Positions 1 to 10,779 of a stretch of 64,000 bases of DNA are shown piece after piece. The notes below the pieces were generated by a model. That model did no database searches, was not told the DNA's origin, and worked only from the letters and a program-made list of their open reading frames with translations. How positions within the stretch are numbered: position 1 is the stretch's first letter; every line of letters begins with the position of its first letter. The stretch comes from Trueperaceae bacterium (lineage in GTDB: Bacteria; Deinococcota; Deinococci; Deinococcales; Trueperaceae). Position numbers and translations under genes: made by a program. The stretch covers positions 672,001-736,000 of the forward strand of contig CBDCDZ010000004.1 in the NCBI GenBank assembly GCA_965215565.1, read 5' to 3'.

Positions 1-583
1 CGAGCCTGAACTGCGCAGGACGCGCCGCAACGCGGAGCAGTTAGAGCGTCTGGCGTACCACGACTTCTTAACGGGCATCGCCAACCGCCGTCAGGTCGAG
101 GTCTTGGCGCAAATTGCCCTCGCCTCGGCGCAGCGGCGGCGCGAGAGCTTCTCCGTCTTGATGCTCGACATCGACCGCTTCAAGCAGGTCAACGACACGT
201 ACGGTCACTACGTCGGCGACGAGATTTTGCGCGAACTCGCCGCTAGGCTTAGAGGCGAGTTGCGCGAGAGCGACATCTTTGGGCGTTGGGGCGGCGAGGA
301 GTTCATCGTCATCACGCCTGTATCCGCAACGGAGGAGGGGCGCGCCCTCGGCGAGCGGCTCAGGCTGAGCCTCAGAGCGAGACCGCTCGCCAAACGTCAC
401 AAGGTCACAGTAAGTTGCGGCGTGGCGAGCTACAGGCCGGGCGACTCGCTAGATACGCTCATAAGCAGGGCTGACGCCGCGCTCTACCGCGCCAAGGAGG
501 GTGGGCGAGACCGAGTTGCCGTCTCCGAATTCGATAGGGTGGACCTCAGCTCTCCTGCTGGCTCGCCTCCGAGCCGTGTTTAG
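1..583 (+). CDS. Diguanylate cyclase (GGDEF), 5'-truncated by the window edge
   Basis: Motifs LDIDRFKQVNDTYGH, RWGGEEF and RADAALYRAK; reading frame continues upstream of 104. Confidence 0.9.
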   Translation, partial: EPELRRTRRNAEQLERLAYHDFLTGIANRRQVEVLAQIALASAQRRRESFSVLMLDIDRFKQVNDTYGHYVGDEILRELAARLRGELRESDIFGRWGGEEFIVITPVSATEEGRALGERLRLSLRARPLAKRHKVTVSCGVASYRPGDSLDTLISRADAALYRAKEGGRDRVAVSEFDRVDLSSPAGSPPSRV

Positions 584-902
584 CCTCTTCGGACGCCCTC
601 TCCTCCTCGTCTGCGTCTTCTGAATCGTCCACCGCACCCGTCGAGGCTTTCGCCACCTCTTCCGCCTCCTCCGGGTCTTGGGTCTCCTCGCCGGGTCCGT
701 GTTCGATAGAGGAGCGGAAATAAGGTCCGGTGGACTTAATCTTGAGGTTGCGCAAAAAGACTTGGGTGCGCTCTTCGTCGTCGGTCTGGAGGGTGTGACC
801 ACCCTCGAGATACACCGTCAGACTCCCGTCCTTATGCGTATACGCAACAATGCGCTCTTGCCCTAAAATGATCTGCCCGTTGCCTAAGTCGATCTCTTCC
901 AT
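546..902 (-). CDS. Hypothetical protein with acidic C-terminal tail
   Basis: 118-aa ORF with AAGGGGA RBS-like sequence before the ATG; overlaps the convergent GGDEF 3' end. Confidence 0.6.
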   Translation of the reverse strand: MEEIDLGNGQIILGQERIVAYTHKDGSLTVYLEGGHTLQTDDEERTQVFLRNLKIKSTGPYFRSSIEHGPGEETQDPEEAEEVAKASTGAVDDSEDADEEERASEEAKHGSEASQQES

Positions 903-1113
903 GTTTCCCCTTAATATTGCGACGTGCTGCTAAAGTGTTGCTTTAATAGCTGACAGAAAGCGATTAGCTTTTAGCTGTTAGGTATTGGCAAAACCCTTTA
1001 AGCTAAAAGCCAATGGCTAAGCGCTAACAGCTTTTCATCTCGAGTTTCTACTCACATCACAGTGCCTATAACGGGATGCTACCCCCTGCGCATCTATAAT
1101 GGGCTGCTACCCC

Positions 1114-2034
1114 CTACGCCTTCCCCGCCGACTTAAACAACTCCATCCGCTTTTTCACCACATTCTTCATCTCATCCCTCGCTGGTCCCAAAATCTTGCG
1201 CGGGTCGAACTCTTCGGGCTTGTTGATTAAAATTTCGCGCACTCTGGTTGTAAAGGCTAAGCGAAGGTCCGTATCTGTGTTGATTTTCGCAATGCCTTCC
1301 GTGACAGCTTTCTCCACATCCTCTTCGTGGATGCCGGAGGCGTATTCAAGCTGCCCCCCCGCCGCACGGAGCCGCTCGACGATGTCGTTGGGCACGCCGC
1401 TCGCCCCGTGCATGACGAGAGGTTGGGGGAGGCGATTCGCAATCTCTACAATGCGCTCGTGGTCGATGTAGGGGCGTCCTTTCCCCTTGTTCGCACCGTG
1501 AGAGGTGCCGATAGCGACGGCAAGATAATCTGCCCCGCTCTGCTCCATAAACCGCTCGGCTTCGTCAGGTTTAGTGAGAATCGCGTCCTCTTCGGAAACG
1601 ACGACGTGCTCTTCAACGCCACCCAAACGCCCGATCTCCGCCTCGACGGTCGCACCAACGGCGTGCGCCGCCTCGACGACGCGCTTCGTCTCCCTGATAT
1701 TCGTCTCTTCATCCTCATGCGACTTGTCGATCATCACCGAGGTGAGCCCGTAGCGGAGCGAGCGCAAGCACGACTCGTAGGAGGAGCCGTGGTCTAAGTG
1801 AACGCAGACAGGCACGCTCGCCTCGTCGCCCAGTTTGACCACCATATCCACCAAATCCTTGCCGCCGTACTTGATTGCGCCCTCAGAAAGCGCCAAAAGG
1901 ACAGGACTTCTCGTCTCCTCCGCCGCCTCCAAAATCGCTTGAGTAATTTCCATGTTGTTCGTGTTGAACGCGCCGACGCCGTAGTTGCCCTTGCGGGCCG
2001 CTGCTAAGATGTCTAAACCTGTGTGAAGTGCCAT
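1114..2034 (-). CDS. fba: Class II fructose-1,6-bisphosphate aldolase
   Basis: HLDHG, GTSHG, MHGASG, KINTDTDLR, FDPRK motifs. Confidence 0.95.
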   Translation of the reverse strand: MALHTGLDILAAARKGNYGVGAFNTNNMEITQAILEAAEETRSPVLLALSEGAIKYGGKDLVDMVVKLGDEASVPVCVHLDHGSSYESCLRSLRYGLTSVMIDKSHEDEETNIRETKRVVEAAHAVGATVEAEIGRLGGVEEHVVVSEEDAILTKPDEAERFMEQSGADYLAVAIGTSHGANKGKGRPYIDHERIVEIANRLPQPLVMHGASGVPNDIVERLRAAGGQLEYASGIHEEDVEKAVTEGIAKINTDTDLRLAFTTRVREILINKPEEFDPRKILGPARDEMKNVVKKRMELFKSAGKA

Positions 2035-2139
2035 GCGTGAAGTATAGCTTACCGTCTGCCCAAGAGGTCAACAGCGGTAGAGATGGGGATTGGTGGAGTT
2101 GTCTTTTACCGCACGGCAAAGGTGGCAAAAAATATTTGA

Positions 2140-2408
2140 CCTTTGGTATGTCTCACGACTTGCGTAAGCGAGGGGGCTACGATGTGTCTGTCATCGGTAT
2201 AGCTCCTGGCTGGCTACGCAATGAGCAGTTTAAGCAACACCTTGAGACAGGTATGCTTGCTCGAGAAGACCTGAAACATACCGAATCTATAGAAAGCGTG
2301 GGCAGAGCTGTTATTGCCCTGGCGACTGACCGCAACGTTCATGAAAAGTCAGGGAAGACAATCTTAGTGCGTGACCTAGCTGCGGAGTACGGGTTCGATT
2401 ATAAGTAG
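2140..2408 (+). pseudogene. C-terminal fragment of an SDR oxidoreductase
   Basis: IAPGWLRNE, TESIESVGRAVIALATD and SGK..LAAEYGF resemble the SDR C-terminus; no N-terminal Rossmann fold and no room for one before fba. Confidence 0.6.
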
Positions 2409-2469
2409 AAACCCCTTCCCAAATACGGAAGGGGTCAAATACACGAAGTTATTTAGGGTTGAGCAATAC

Positions 2470-3060
2470 TTACGCCTTCTGCGCCAACTTCTCTAGCACC
2501 AACTTCGACACGCCGCGCAAGGGCTCAAAGACACCCTCGAACTTAGCGGCGACTGCGTCATAAAACTGGACCGTACCCGTCGGGTCGAGCACCTGCTTGA
2601 TCATCTCGGAAGGCACGGCGTTCGGCAAATCACGCTTGTTGATCTGGATGACGTAAGGGATTTCGCCCAGCGTGAGGTTGTACTCTTTGAGGTTCTCGCG
2701 CAGGTTGCGCAGGCTTTCCGCGTTGGCGCGGAGGCGGTCAGGACCGGAGTCCGCGACGAAGACGATACCGTCCACACCGCGCAAGATGAGCTTGCGCGAG
2801 GAGTTATAGAAAACCTGTCCGGGGACCGTGTAGAGGTGAAAGCGCGTCTTAAAACCGTTGACGCTGCCCAAGTCGAGAGGTAGGAAATCGAAGAAGAGCG
2901 TGCGCTCGTCCTCCGTCGCGAGGCTAACCATCTCACCTTTGCTCTCATCGGGGACTTTCTCGTAAATTTTCTTGATGTTCGTCGTCTTACCCGACATACC
3001 ACAGCCGTAGTAAACGATCTTAAAGTTGATTTCGCGGGCGGCAAAGTTAATGGTGCTCAT
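2470..3060 (-). CDS. mglA: MglA small GTPase
   Basis: [24 protein letters not shown] motifs. Confidence 0.95.
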   Translation of the reverse strand: MSTINFAAREINFKIVYYGCGMSGKTTNIKKIYEKVPDESKGEMVSLATEDERTLFFDFLPLDLGSVNGFKTRFHLYTVPGQVFYNSSRKLILRGVDGIVFVADSGPDRLRANAESLRNLRENLKEYNLTLGEIPYVIQINKRDLPNAVPSEMIKQVLDPTGTVQFYDAVAAKFEGVFEPLRGVSKLVLEKLAQKA

Positions 3061-3554
3061 GCGTCTTTCCCAAAGATTCCGTCGAGAAGTGAGTCGGTGG
3101 AGCCTTTCCAGGCGTCGTCAAAAGCGAGTTCGGGGGGCGCGTCGGTGGAGTTGGCGAGCGCCTCGCGAATGGCCTCGACCGTCTTTTTCGTGAACAGCTT
3201 GACCTTGCCGAGCGCCGAAGAGGAGTCAAACACGGTGATGAGGAGCGCCTTTTCGCCGAGTTCTTCGATGTAGGTGCCGATTTCGCTGCCCTGCTGCACC
3301 ATCTCGCGGAAGCCCGGCTCACCCAAAAGTTGAGCGATGGCGGCGTTCGCGGAGTAGTTCGAGGCGACTAAAGTGGCGAGCGAGTCCAAGGAGGGGGGCT
3401 TAGGAGCCCACAGCGCGCGGTTATGCATGAGGACGAAACCTTTGAGGTCGATGACTAGCGCGTAGCGCGCGTGCGTCTTGGTCAACAACTCTTCCAAGAG
3501 CGCGTCCACCTTATCAAAGGTCTCGCCGTAGAGTTCTAGGGACGGTTCTAACAT
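3057..3554 (-). CDS. mglB: MglB roadblock/LC7 GAP protein
   Basis: Roadblock-like sequence coupled to mglA; likely ATG at 3554 with TATAGT 7 nt upstream. Confidence 0.9.
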   Translation of the reverse strand: MLEPSLELYGETFDKVDALLEELLTKTHARYALVIDLKGFVLMHNRALWAPKPPSLDSLATLVASNYSANAAIAQLLGEPGFREMVQQGSEIGTYIEELGEKALLITVFDSSSALGKVKLFTKKTVEAIREALANSTDAPPELAFDDAWKGSTDSLLDGIFGKDA

Positions 3555-3660
3555 AAGGTTGACTATACGGGTACGAGGAGCGATGTGACGTGGAAATCTG
3601 CATTTGTGAGAGGGAGAGTGTACCGACGTCACAACTGGGAGAGATTGGGGCGCAGATAGG

Positions 3661-3728
3661 TAGCAATGAGCAACGAGCAATGAGTAAAACCTTTTGGACT
3701 CATTGCTCGTTGCTTTCAACTCATTGCT
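3661..3728. repeat. Heptamer-based (AGCAATG/AGCAACG) imperfect hairpin repeat
   Basis: agcaatgagcaacgagcaatgagt...actcattgctcgttgct; relatives at 25171-25336, 53408-53462 and 54469-54549. Confidence 0.7.
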
Positions 3729-3789
3729 TTTTTCTAGCAAGCAAGCTTACAGCGATAGGTCTCTTTAGAGGTCATGCTCGAGTTTATAG

Positions 3790-4392
3790 ATGGAAACACC
3801 CGACCTCAACGTCGTCATCGTCGCCTTAGATCCTCTCGTACGCATGGGACTAGCGGCGGCGCTGGGGTCCGAACTCGAGATAGTCGGACAAACTGCAACC
3901 TTAGCAGAAGCAGACCTCTTCGAGCCTGACGTGATTCTGTGGGACTTTAACGTAGACAAAAATAAAGAGGTGGACGAAGAGGTGGACGCACTCAGCGTGC
4001 CTATCGTCGCCCTCATTCAAGAGGTTGAGGTGAGTGTGACGGACGCGCTGAATGCAGGTGCAACGGGCGTTCTCTACAGGAACGCTGAGGCTGACAAAAT
4101 CGTCGCCGCGCTTCAGGCAGCGTTGAAGGGGTTGGTGGTGCTCGAGCCTACCCTCACCTCTTCGTTACAAGAGGTTGTCTCAGACATCAACGTTGAACCT
4201 CTCACCGCCAGAGAGCAAGAGGTCTTGCAACTGCTCGCGCAGGGCGCGTCGAATAAAACCGTCGCTAAGGAACTGGGCATCAGCGAGTCCACCGCGAAGT
4301 TTCACACGAGCGCGATTTTGGGGAAGTTGGGCGCGAAGAGTCGGACGGAGGCAGTGGTTAGAGCAGCGCAGTTGGGGTTGATTCTTTTGTGA
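3790..4392 (+). CDS. NarL/LuxR-family response regulator
   Basis: Receiver-like N-terminus plus LTAREQEVLQLLAQGASNK HTH. Confidence 0.9.
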   Translation: METPDLNVVIVALDPLVRMGLAAALGSELEIVGQTATLAEADLFEPDVILWDFNVDKNKEVDEEVDALSVPIVALIQEVEVSVTDALNAGATGVLYRNAEADKIVAALQAALKGLVVLEPTLTSSLQEVVSDINVEPLTAREQEVLQLLAQGASNKTVAKELGISESTAKFHTSAILGKLGAKSRTEAVVRAAQLGLILL

Positions 4393-5165
4393 CGGAAGTT
4401 ACTACTGTGCTCGAGCCCACCACTCCACCTCTTCCCGTCGTCGCCAGCATCCCGCACAGCAGCGCGTTCGTACCGGAAGAGGTCAGAGCATGTTTCGTCC
4501 CCCGATACCGCACCGCTCAACCCAACGTGGATTGGTACTTGGACAAGCTCTACGACTTCTTACCCTCGCTCGGCGTCACCGTGATTAAAGCCGACTTCAG
4601 CCGCTACGTTGCCGATGTGAACCGCCCTCTGCGCGAACCTCTTTATGGGTCTTACAAGACTTCGGTGGTCTATGAAAGCTCGACCTGGGGCGAACCTCTC
4701 TACACGCAACCTCTTGACGCAGAAGAGGTTCAGCGCCGCATCGAAACGTTTTACCTCCCCTATCACGCCAAACTAGCCGAACTTTTAGAGCGCTCGAGGC
4801 GCACCTTTGGCAAGGTTTATCTGCTCGATTTGCACAGCTTTATGGGACCGATTGCCGATGACATTTGCTTGGGCGATGATAATGGGCGCGTGAACGCTGA
4901 GACGTTGATGCCGAAGTTAGAGAGAAGTTTTCGAGGACATGGCTTTGGCGTGGTCGGAAACAAGGTCTTTACAGGTGGATATATCGTCAAGCACTATGGG
5001 CGGCTGCCGCAGACCGAAGCGGTGATGGTGGAGGTGCGTTATACAGCGTATTTACGGCACGAGGAGTTAGATAAGGATGTACCGCCAAGGGCGCAAGTGA
5101 GAGAGTTGGAGGAGGCGAAGGGGAGGTTGCGAGAGGTCTTTAAGGAGTTCTTACCTCAGTTGTGA
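4389..5165 (+). CDS. N-formylglutamate amidohydrolase family protein
   Basis: SIPHS, SRYVADVNR, YLPYH, LDLHSF motifs. Confidence 0.9.
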   Translation: MTEVTTVLEPTTPPLPVVASIPHSSAFVPEEVRACFVPRYRTAQPNVDWYLDKLYDFLPSLGVTVIKADFSRYVADVNRPLREPLYGSYKTSVVYESSTWGEPLYTQPLDAEEVQRRIETFYLPYHAKLAELLERSRRTFGKVYLLDLHSFMGPIADDICLGDDNGRVNAETLMPKLERSFRGHGFGVVGNKVFTGGYIVKHYGRLPQTEAVMVEVRYTAYLRHEELDKDVPPRAQVRELEEAKGRLREVFKEFLPQL

Positions 5166-5201
5166 CAAATATGCTTAGAAGAGAACTAGAAATAGTGAAT
5201 G

Positions 5202-5645
5202 TTAATCGTGAATTTTTTTGTAAGCGCTCTCTACTCTCGGATAAAAATACCAAAGCATCGAAAAGAGAACTGGAATTAAAAGAATAATGAAGACGATACC
5301 TGACCAGTTAGCTTGAGCAAACGTAAGAGCAAGCGCATAAGCAGAAATCAATGACATAGCAAAGAACATATTTCTGACCATCTGCCACCAGGCTGATTTA
5401 TTTTCCTCTGTAAAAGGTGCTTCGATAAGCATAGTGAGGAAGTGGTACGCAAAACCTCCAGTAAAAAGGAGAAGGGAAATCCTAACAAACGATAGGAGGT
5501 TGAAAGGGGGAGCGCCCTGGCTTGCGTCAATCACCCAGATAGTCGTAGTGCTTAGTAAAATCCAGAACACTATCGCTAACATTCGAGGTGCATCCGGCGC
5601 TATTTCAAACTTGAAGTTGTTCTTGCTGTTGAATAGGCGTCTCAC
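5202..5645 (-). CDS. Hypothetical membrane protein (about 4 TM), low GC
   Basis: Hydrophobic segments; GTG start with TAAACT 6 nt upstream. Confidence 0.6.
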   Translation of the reverse strand: MRRLFNSKNNFKFEIAPDAPRMLAIVFWILLSTTTIWVIDASQGAPPFNLLSFVRISLLLFTGGFAYHFLTMLIEAPFTEENKSAWWQMVRNMFFAMSLISAYALALTFAQANWSGIVFIILLIPVLFSMLWYFYPRVESAYKKIHD

Positions 5646-5820
5646 ACCGATAGTTTACTCTCTAAAAGAAAAAGTTACATCTGACTAAAATTGCATTTCA
5701 GTTAGGAGTATCATCCGAAGCGCTGATTCAGGCGTGGCTTAGGGAGAGGCTCGAGGACGAGAAAAACGCTGCTTGAAAGTTCCCAAGCAGCGCCCTCTCT
5801 ACCTCTTTATTCCCCACCTC

Positions 5821-7950
5821 TTAACGCGGCGGCACCGCCTTCAGCACCGAGAGCTGTCTAGGCGGCAAGACGATTCGCGAGCCCGCGTTAAGGTAGCGGG
5901 TGCGCCTGCGCCGCGCTTCGGTGGCCCAGACCTCTTCCCAGAGCCAACTAGGTTCGTTGGGCGGCTCGGGTAATATAAAGCGGCTGGCCTGTTTGCCGTG
6001 AAAGAGCATCAAAAAAGTTTCGTGCTCGGGTGTGCCGCCGCGCATGAGTTCGCTCGAGGCTTCGCCGCACAGCAGCATCCCCAACCCCTTGAGCTTAGGG
6101 TCGTTCCAGTCGCCGTCAGCCATCTCGCGCCCGTCCGAATGCCACCACGATACGTCGCGGCAACCTTCCTCTTCGCGCCCGGTCAGGAAGTGGCGACGGT
6201 GAAAGACGGGGTGCGCCTTGCGAAAGGCGATGAGGTCTTTAACGAACGAGAGGAACTTCCGCTCGCGCTCGTCCAAGCTCCAGTCGTACCAGTTGAGTTC
6301 GTTGTCTTGGCAATAGGTGTTGTTGTTGCCACCTTTCGTGCGCGAGAGTTCGTCGCCGCCCAGCATCATCGGCGTGCCCTGCGAGAGAAAGAGCGTCGCC
6401 AAAAAGGTGCGCTTGCGCGTTTCGCGGTCGCGTAAGACGTTTTCGTCCTCGCTCTCGCCCTCTTCACCGCCGTTATAGCTCATGTTGTGGTCTTCGCCGT
6501 CGCGGTTGTCTTCACCGTTGGCTTCGTTGTGCTTCTGGTTGTAGCTGACCAGGTCTTGCAGCGTGAAGCCGTCGTGCGCGGTGATGAAGTTCACTGAGTG
6601 ATACGGTCTGCGCCCGTTGTGCGCGTAGAGGTCGCTGCTGCCCGTGGTGCGCGTAGCAAGTTCGGGCGTTGAGCCCGCGTCGCCGCCGCCATGCCAGTAG
6701 CCGCGCACCGTGTCGCGGTAGCGCCCGTTCCACTCGGCCCAGTACCAGGGGTAGCCGCCGACTTGGTAGCCGTACGGACCGATGTCCCAGGGCTCTGCGA
6801 CGAGCTTGACCTTGGATAAAACCGGGTCTTGCTCGAAGGCCTGCATCATAACCGAGCGCATCTCCACATCGTGCTGTTCGCGAGCCAAGGTTGTCGCGAG
6901 GTCGAAGCGGAAGCCGTCCACCTGCATCTCCTGGACCCAGTAGCGCAGCGAGTCGGTGATGAGCCGTACGACTTGGGGATGCCCGGCGTCGAGCGTGTTA
7001 CCTGTGCCCGTATAGTCCATATAAAAGCGGGCGTCTTCGGGGTTCATCTTGTAGTAGCTGTGGTTGTCGATGCCCTTGAATGAGAGCGTCGGTCCCATGT
7101 GATTGCCTTCGCCCGTATGGTTGTAGACGACGTCCATGATGACCTCTAAGCCCGCGTCGTGCAGGGCGCGCACCATCATCTTGAATTCGCGCACCGCCAT
7201 CTTGGGGTCATGCGCATAAGAGGGTTCGGGGGCGAAGTAGTTGAGCGGGTTGTAACCCCAGTAGTTCGACAAACCCTGCTCAACCAAGTAGCGGTCGTTG
7301 GTAAAGGCTTGGCAGGGGAGCAGTTCGATAGAGGTGACGCCCAACGAGGTGAGGTGCTCGATGATGGGCTCCGAGGCGAGCCCTAAGTACGTCCCGCGAA
7401 GGGCTTCGGGCACGTCGGGGTGAAGCTTGCTGATGCCCTTGACGTGGGTTTCGTAGAAGATAGTCTCTTCCCAGGGGACGTTCGGGCGGCGGTGATCGCC
7501 CCAGGCAAAGGCGTCCTCGACGACCATTCCGAGGGGTGCATAAGGGGCGCTATCCGCGCCACTCATGGCGAGGTCTTCGTTTTCATCACCGACCTCATAG
7601 CCGAACAGCGCGTCGTCCCAGGTGAGAGAGCGTCCCAGCGCTTTGGCGTAAGGGTCTAGGAGAACCTTGTTGGGGTTGAAGCGGTGGCCGTTTGTAGGGT
7701 CGTAGGGTCCGTGGACGCGGTAGCCGTAGAGCTGACCCGGACGCACACCGGGCAAGAAGCCGTGCCAGACAGGTCCGGTGCGTTCAGGTAGCGTGACGCA
7801 GCTCGCTTCTTCCGTGTCGTCAGGATGGTTGAATAGGAGCAACTCGACGCGCTCGGCGTGTTGGCTGCTGAGGGCGAAGTTGACGCCCAAGCCGTTCCAG
7901 GTTGCGCCCAAGGGGTAGGGGTGTCCAGGTCGTAAAATCATCCTCACCAT
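5821..7950 (-). CDS. glgX: Glycogen debranching enzyme / isoamylase
   Basis: [31 protein letters not shown] motifs of GH13. Confidence 0.95.
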   Translation of the reverse strand: MVRMILRPGHPYPLGATWNGLGVNFALSSQHAERVELLLFNHPDDTEEASCVTLPERTGPVWHGFLPGVRPGQLYGYRVHGPYDPTNGHRFNPNKVLLDPYAKALGRSLTWDDALFGYEVGDENEDLAMSGADSAPYAPLGMVVEDAFAWGDHRRPNVPWEETIFYETHVKGISKLHPDVPEALRGTYLGLASEPIIEHLTSLGVTSIELLPCQAFTNDRYLVEQGLSNYWGYNPLNYFAPEPSYAHDPKMAVREFKMMVRALHDAGLEVIMDVVYNHTGEGNHMGPTLSFKGIDNHSYYKMNPEDARFYMDYTGTGNTLDAGHPQVVRLITDSLRYWVQEMQVDGFRFDLATTLAREQHDVEMRSVMMQAFEQDPVLSKVKLVAEPWDIGPYGYQVGGYPWYWAEWNGRYRDTVRGYWHGGGDAGSTPELATRTTGSSDLYAHNGRRPYHSVNFITAHDGFTLQDLVSYNQKHNEANGEDNRDGEDHNMSYNGGEEGESEDENVLRDRETRKRTFLATLFLSQGTPMMLGGDELSRTKGGNNNTYCQDNELNWYDWSLDERERKFLSFVKDLIAFRKAHPVFHRRHFLTGREEEGCRDVSWWHSDGREMADGDWNDPKLKGLGMLLCGEASSELMRGGTPEHETFLMLFHGKQASRFILPEPPNEPSWLWEEVWATEARRRRTRYLNAGSRIVLPPRQLSVLKAVPPR

Positions 7951-8450
7951 GCTACGTTGCAAGGTCTTTTACAAAGGCGTGAAGCTTACAATTTCAGGTG
8001 ACGTGTCCGCAAAAGCAGGGTTTGCCGAGAGGTATCTCTGCTGCCTACGTCATATGTAATGTATAGCCTATGTACAGTCTGGGCTACGCTTTAGGGCAAA
8101 CTCGAGCTGCAGACCCCAGCAACGAGGTTACCGACGCGCAGCGAGGCTCAGAGCGGACCACCAAACTGAATGAAGACAGTGTCATGCTCCTATCAGAAAA
8201 AGAGAGGGTGTTCCCCATACAATGTTCGGGAGTGACGAACGCAGATAGAGCCACGGTGCCAACTTGCTACAGTGAAAGTTTGGGTGAAACTTCGTCAGAA
8301 CGAAACGCCACTGTAGCAAAACCGTGACGAAGCTGTGACGAAAAGCCTGCGCCCGAGCGGGCGTCTTCGTTACCCTTGTAGACACAGCGCTCATCCGAAA
8401 CAGGAGGGCGGACTCCAAACCACACGCATCACGACTCCAACAGGAGGATC

Positions 8451-9221
8451 ATGTCAATTGCAGCAAACTATCTCAAAACTACGGCGACGATGCTGTTAGG
8501 GCTCTCCCTCATCACCGTCTGCCTCGCCGCGAGCCAAAGCGACGCGGACTTCTACAGTTCAGGCTCGACTGACGGGTGGTCCAGGGAGTTTTCAGTCGGT
8601 GAGCCCTACAACGTCAAGCGCGTCTCCGCCCCAACCAGACGCGGCGCGTCGGCGCTGCGCATGGAGACGCGCTACGGCGACGCGGGCAACGGCTACCACA
8701 CCGAGATGGAAAAGCTAGACGCGGGGGTCCCAGGCGAAACCGCTTGGTACGGCTTTAGCACCTACGTGCCCACCTCTTGGGTGGACAGTGAGCAGATCGT
8801 GATCGTCGCGCAGTGGTGGAGCCATAACTCAGCAGGTCCGCCCCTCAGCTTTGAAATCAGGGGCGACGAGTGGCTCCTTGCGCAGCGTTGGCAAGAGCGG
8901 CCAAGCGGCAAGGTGAAAGAACCTGTCAGCGCTGTGCGTAAGGGGGAGTGGACCGACTGGGTCATCGAGGCGCACTGGTCAGACAGGGACAGCGGCTACC
9001 TCAAGGTGTGGCGTAACGGCGAGGTAGTCTATGAGCGGCGCGGACCAAACATCTACCGCAGGACCAAGAGCTTGCGCTTCAAGCTCGGTCTCTACGTATG
9101 GCCCTGGAAGGACGAACGCCCCTCACCGACGCGCAGCAGCCCGCGCGTCATCTACCACGACGAGGTCCGCATCGGCGGTGAAGACGCGAGTTATGACGCG
9201 GTCAGCCCGGCTCGCCCGTGA
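8451..9221 (+). CDS. Secreted polysaccharide lyase-like (beta-jelly-roll) protein
   Basis: Signal peptide; WYGFS, QW, GYLKVWRNG, FKLGLY, YHDEVRIG pattern; AGGAGG RBS. Confidence 0.75.
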   Translation: MSIAANYLKTTATMLLGLSLITVCLAASQSDADFYSSGSTDGWSREFSVGEPYNVKRVSAPTRRGASALRMETRYGDAGNGYHTEMEKLDAGVPGETAWYGFSTYVPTSWVDSEQIVIVAQWWSHNSAGPPLSFEIRGDEWLLAQRWQERPSGKVKEPVSAVRKGEWTDWVIEAHWSDRDSGYLKVWRNGEVVYERRGPNIYRRTKSLRFKLGLYVWPWKDERPSPTRSSPRVIYHDEVRIGGEDASYDAVSPARP

Positions 9222-9222
9222 G

Positions 9223-9465
9223 CTAGCGCCCCGTAAACGAGTGCGAGGTGAGCGGCATCCGCTGCTCACGCAAGGTGCCCGCTTCGTCCACCGAAAGCTC
9301 CCACACGGCGAGTTCGGGGCGCAGCTCGTACGCCCGCAGCTCGAGCCGCCGCCGGAACTCCGCGTCCCAGAGGTGCCGGTGCGCCAAGAGGTGCTCCAAA
9401 AAACGCGGCGGCACGCAGCCCCCTAGTGCAAAGTCGAGCACCTCGAGCAAGTCACGCTTATCCAT
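9223..9465 (-). CDS. Small hypothetical protein
   Basis: 80-aa ORF with TATAAT 8 nt upstream of the ATG. Confidence 0.5.
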   Translation of the reverse strand: MDKRDLLEVLDFALGGCVPPRFLEHLLAHRHLWDAEFRRRLELRAYELRPELAVWELSVDEAGTLREQRMPLTSHSFTGR

Positions 9466-9681
9466 CTGACGCTATTATAGCGCGTCGCTACCGCCATAGC
9501 TGTTTCGGGACGAGCGGCGAAACGTGGTCACGGTCTCAAATAAACAGCAGTTCCAAAACATACTGAGACAAAGTGTCGCAGGTATCATTACCGAACGTGT
9601 GCTGCTTACGCAGTTTTCCGAAGGAAACGACGTTCTCAAAAGTAAGAGTGTCTCAAACCAGATGAACTTAGTATAGAGTTG

Positions 9682-10620
9682 TCAAGCCCCCTTCCACCTC
9701 TGTGGGTGCTGCTGAGTGACTTGCAGCATGAAACGAAAGAGTTCTCTTGCGAGATAGGTTTTGAGACTTCTTAGAGCAGCCCGGCGGGTCTTGCCTTGCT
9801 GCTGTTTCTTGTCGAGATAGGCTCTTGTCGGTTCGCTGTGGCGCAGTCTGACTTGGGCAATCATGTGAAAGGTGCGGTTGAGCCGACGGTTGCCGCCGAT
9901 GTTGAGTTGCCTTCTCTTCTGACCACCAGAAGAGCGCTCGACAGGCGCACAACCTGAATACATGGCAAAGGCGTGTTGTGAACGAAAGCGTCGGATGTCA
10001 CCTGCTTCAGCAAGTAGCGTGGCGGCGTGAACGACGCCGACGCCAAAGACCTCTAAGAGTTCAGGCATCAGTTCGTCAACGAGGGCTTTCATCGCCTGCT
10101 CGAGCGTCTTGAGTTGTTCTTTAAGCACTGCAATAACGGCTTCGACGGCTTGGCGAGCCACCTCTAGCTCAAGGCTCGCTAAGCTCAGCTTGTGCGCTGT
10201 AAGCTGTTTAGCTAGCGCTTCTCGGGTGCGGGTCAGATGTTTGAGGTCTTCAACCGCTTGCCGAGGTGCAAACGTAGTCAGCTCAGGATTAGCCAAAGCA
10301 GCCCGAGCTACGTTTTCAGCGTCTACCTCATCACTCTTCTTGCGTCCTCTTTTGCTGCGGTACTGACTCGTCAGACTCGGACTAATGTCCACAACCTTAT
10401 GGTCCTGCCCGAGCAACGCTTGACTCAACCTCCGAGCAAAGGGGTTATTCGCCCCTTCAATAGCGCACCGCTGAACGTCATAGCGCTTTATCCAGTGCTC
10501 CAAAGTTGCCAAGCCCTCAGCCGTATTCGTAACGGTGCAGTGACCTAATACCTTGCCCTGTTTATCTAACGCTGCTGCGGTATGGCTCTGCGGATGTGGA
10601 TCAACCCCTATAATGACCAT
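9682..10620 (-). CDS. IS110 recombinase/transposase (DEDD RuvC plus Tnp20 serine domain)
   Basis: GVD, IEG and KSDEVDA acidic tetrad; GCAPVERSSG serine motif; GNRRLN; AAGGAGG RBS. Confidence 0.97.
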   Translation of the reverse strand: MVIIGVDPHPQSHTAAALDKQGKVLGHCTVTNTAEGLATLEHWIKRYDVQRCAIEGANNPFARRLSQALLGQDHKVVDISPSLTSQYRSKRGRKKSDEVDAENVARAALANPELTTFAPRQAVEDLKHLTRTREALAKQLTAHKLSLASLELEVARQAVEAVIAVLKEQLKTLEQAMKALVDELMPELLEVFGVGVVHAATLLAEAGDIRRFRSQHAFAMYSGCAPVERSSGGQKRRQLNIGGNRRLNRTFHMIAQVRLRHSEPTRAYLDKKQQQGKTRRAALRSLKTYLARELFRFMLQVTQQHPQRWKGA

Positions 10621-10639
10621 ACAACCTCCTTAGGTTGCT

Positions 10640-10779
10640 GCTCACGGTAGCTGCTTATCCGTCTATGAGGCTACTAAGCGTCTTAGTATCAGGCAAGCTC
10701 CGTGTAGCTTAGTGAGCGAGGTGTGCAGTTCATCTGTTAGCCCTAAAGCTGATACTTGCTGGGCATCACCTCGCTTCTC
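10640..10779 (-). ncRNA. IS110 bridge RNA with target-binding and donor-binding loops
   Basis: LTG AGCAAGTATC (10751-60), RTG CAGATGA (10730-36), LDG ATACTAAG (10682-89), RDG ATAGACGGA (10658-66), each pair inside a closing stem; RNA ends are approximate. Confidence 0.9.

Noticed and set aside
1073..1115. Short direct repeat GGG(A/C)TGCTACCCCCT at the fba 3' end
   Set aside because: Only two copies and no associated element; probably a local duplication
3555..3740. N-terminal extensions in the ORF track (MglB; likewise 23977, 27236, 31029, 43756)
   Set aside because: Extensions run through repeats or promoters; downstream starts have better -10, RBS or signal-peptide context
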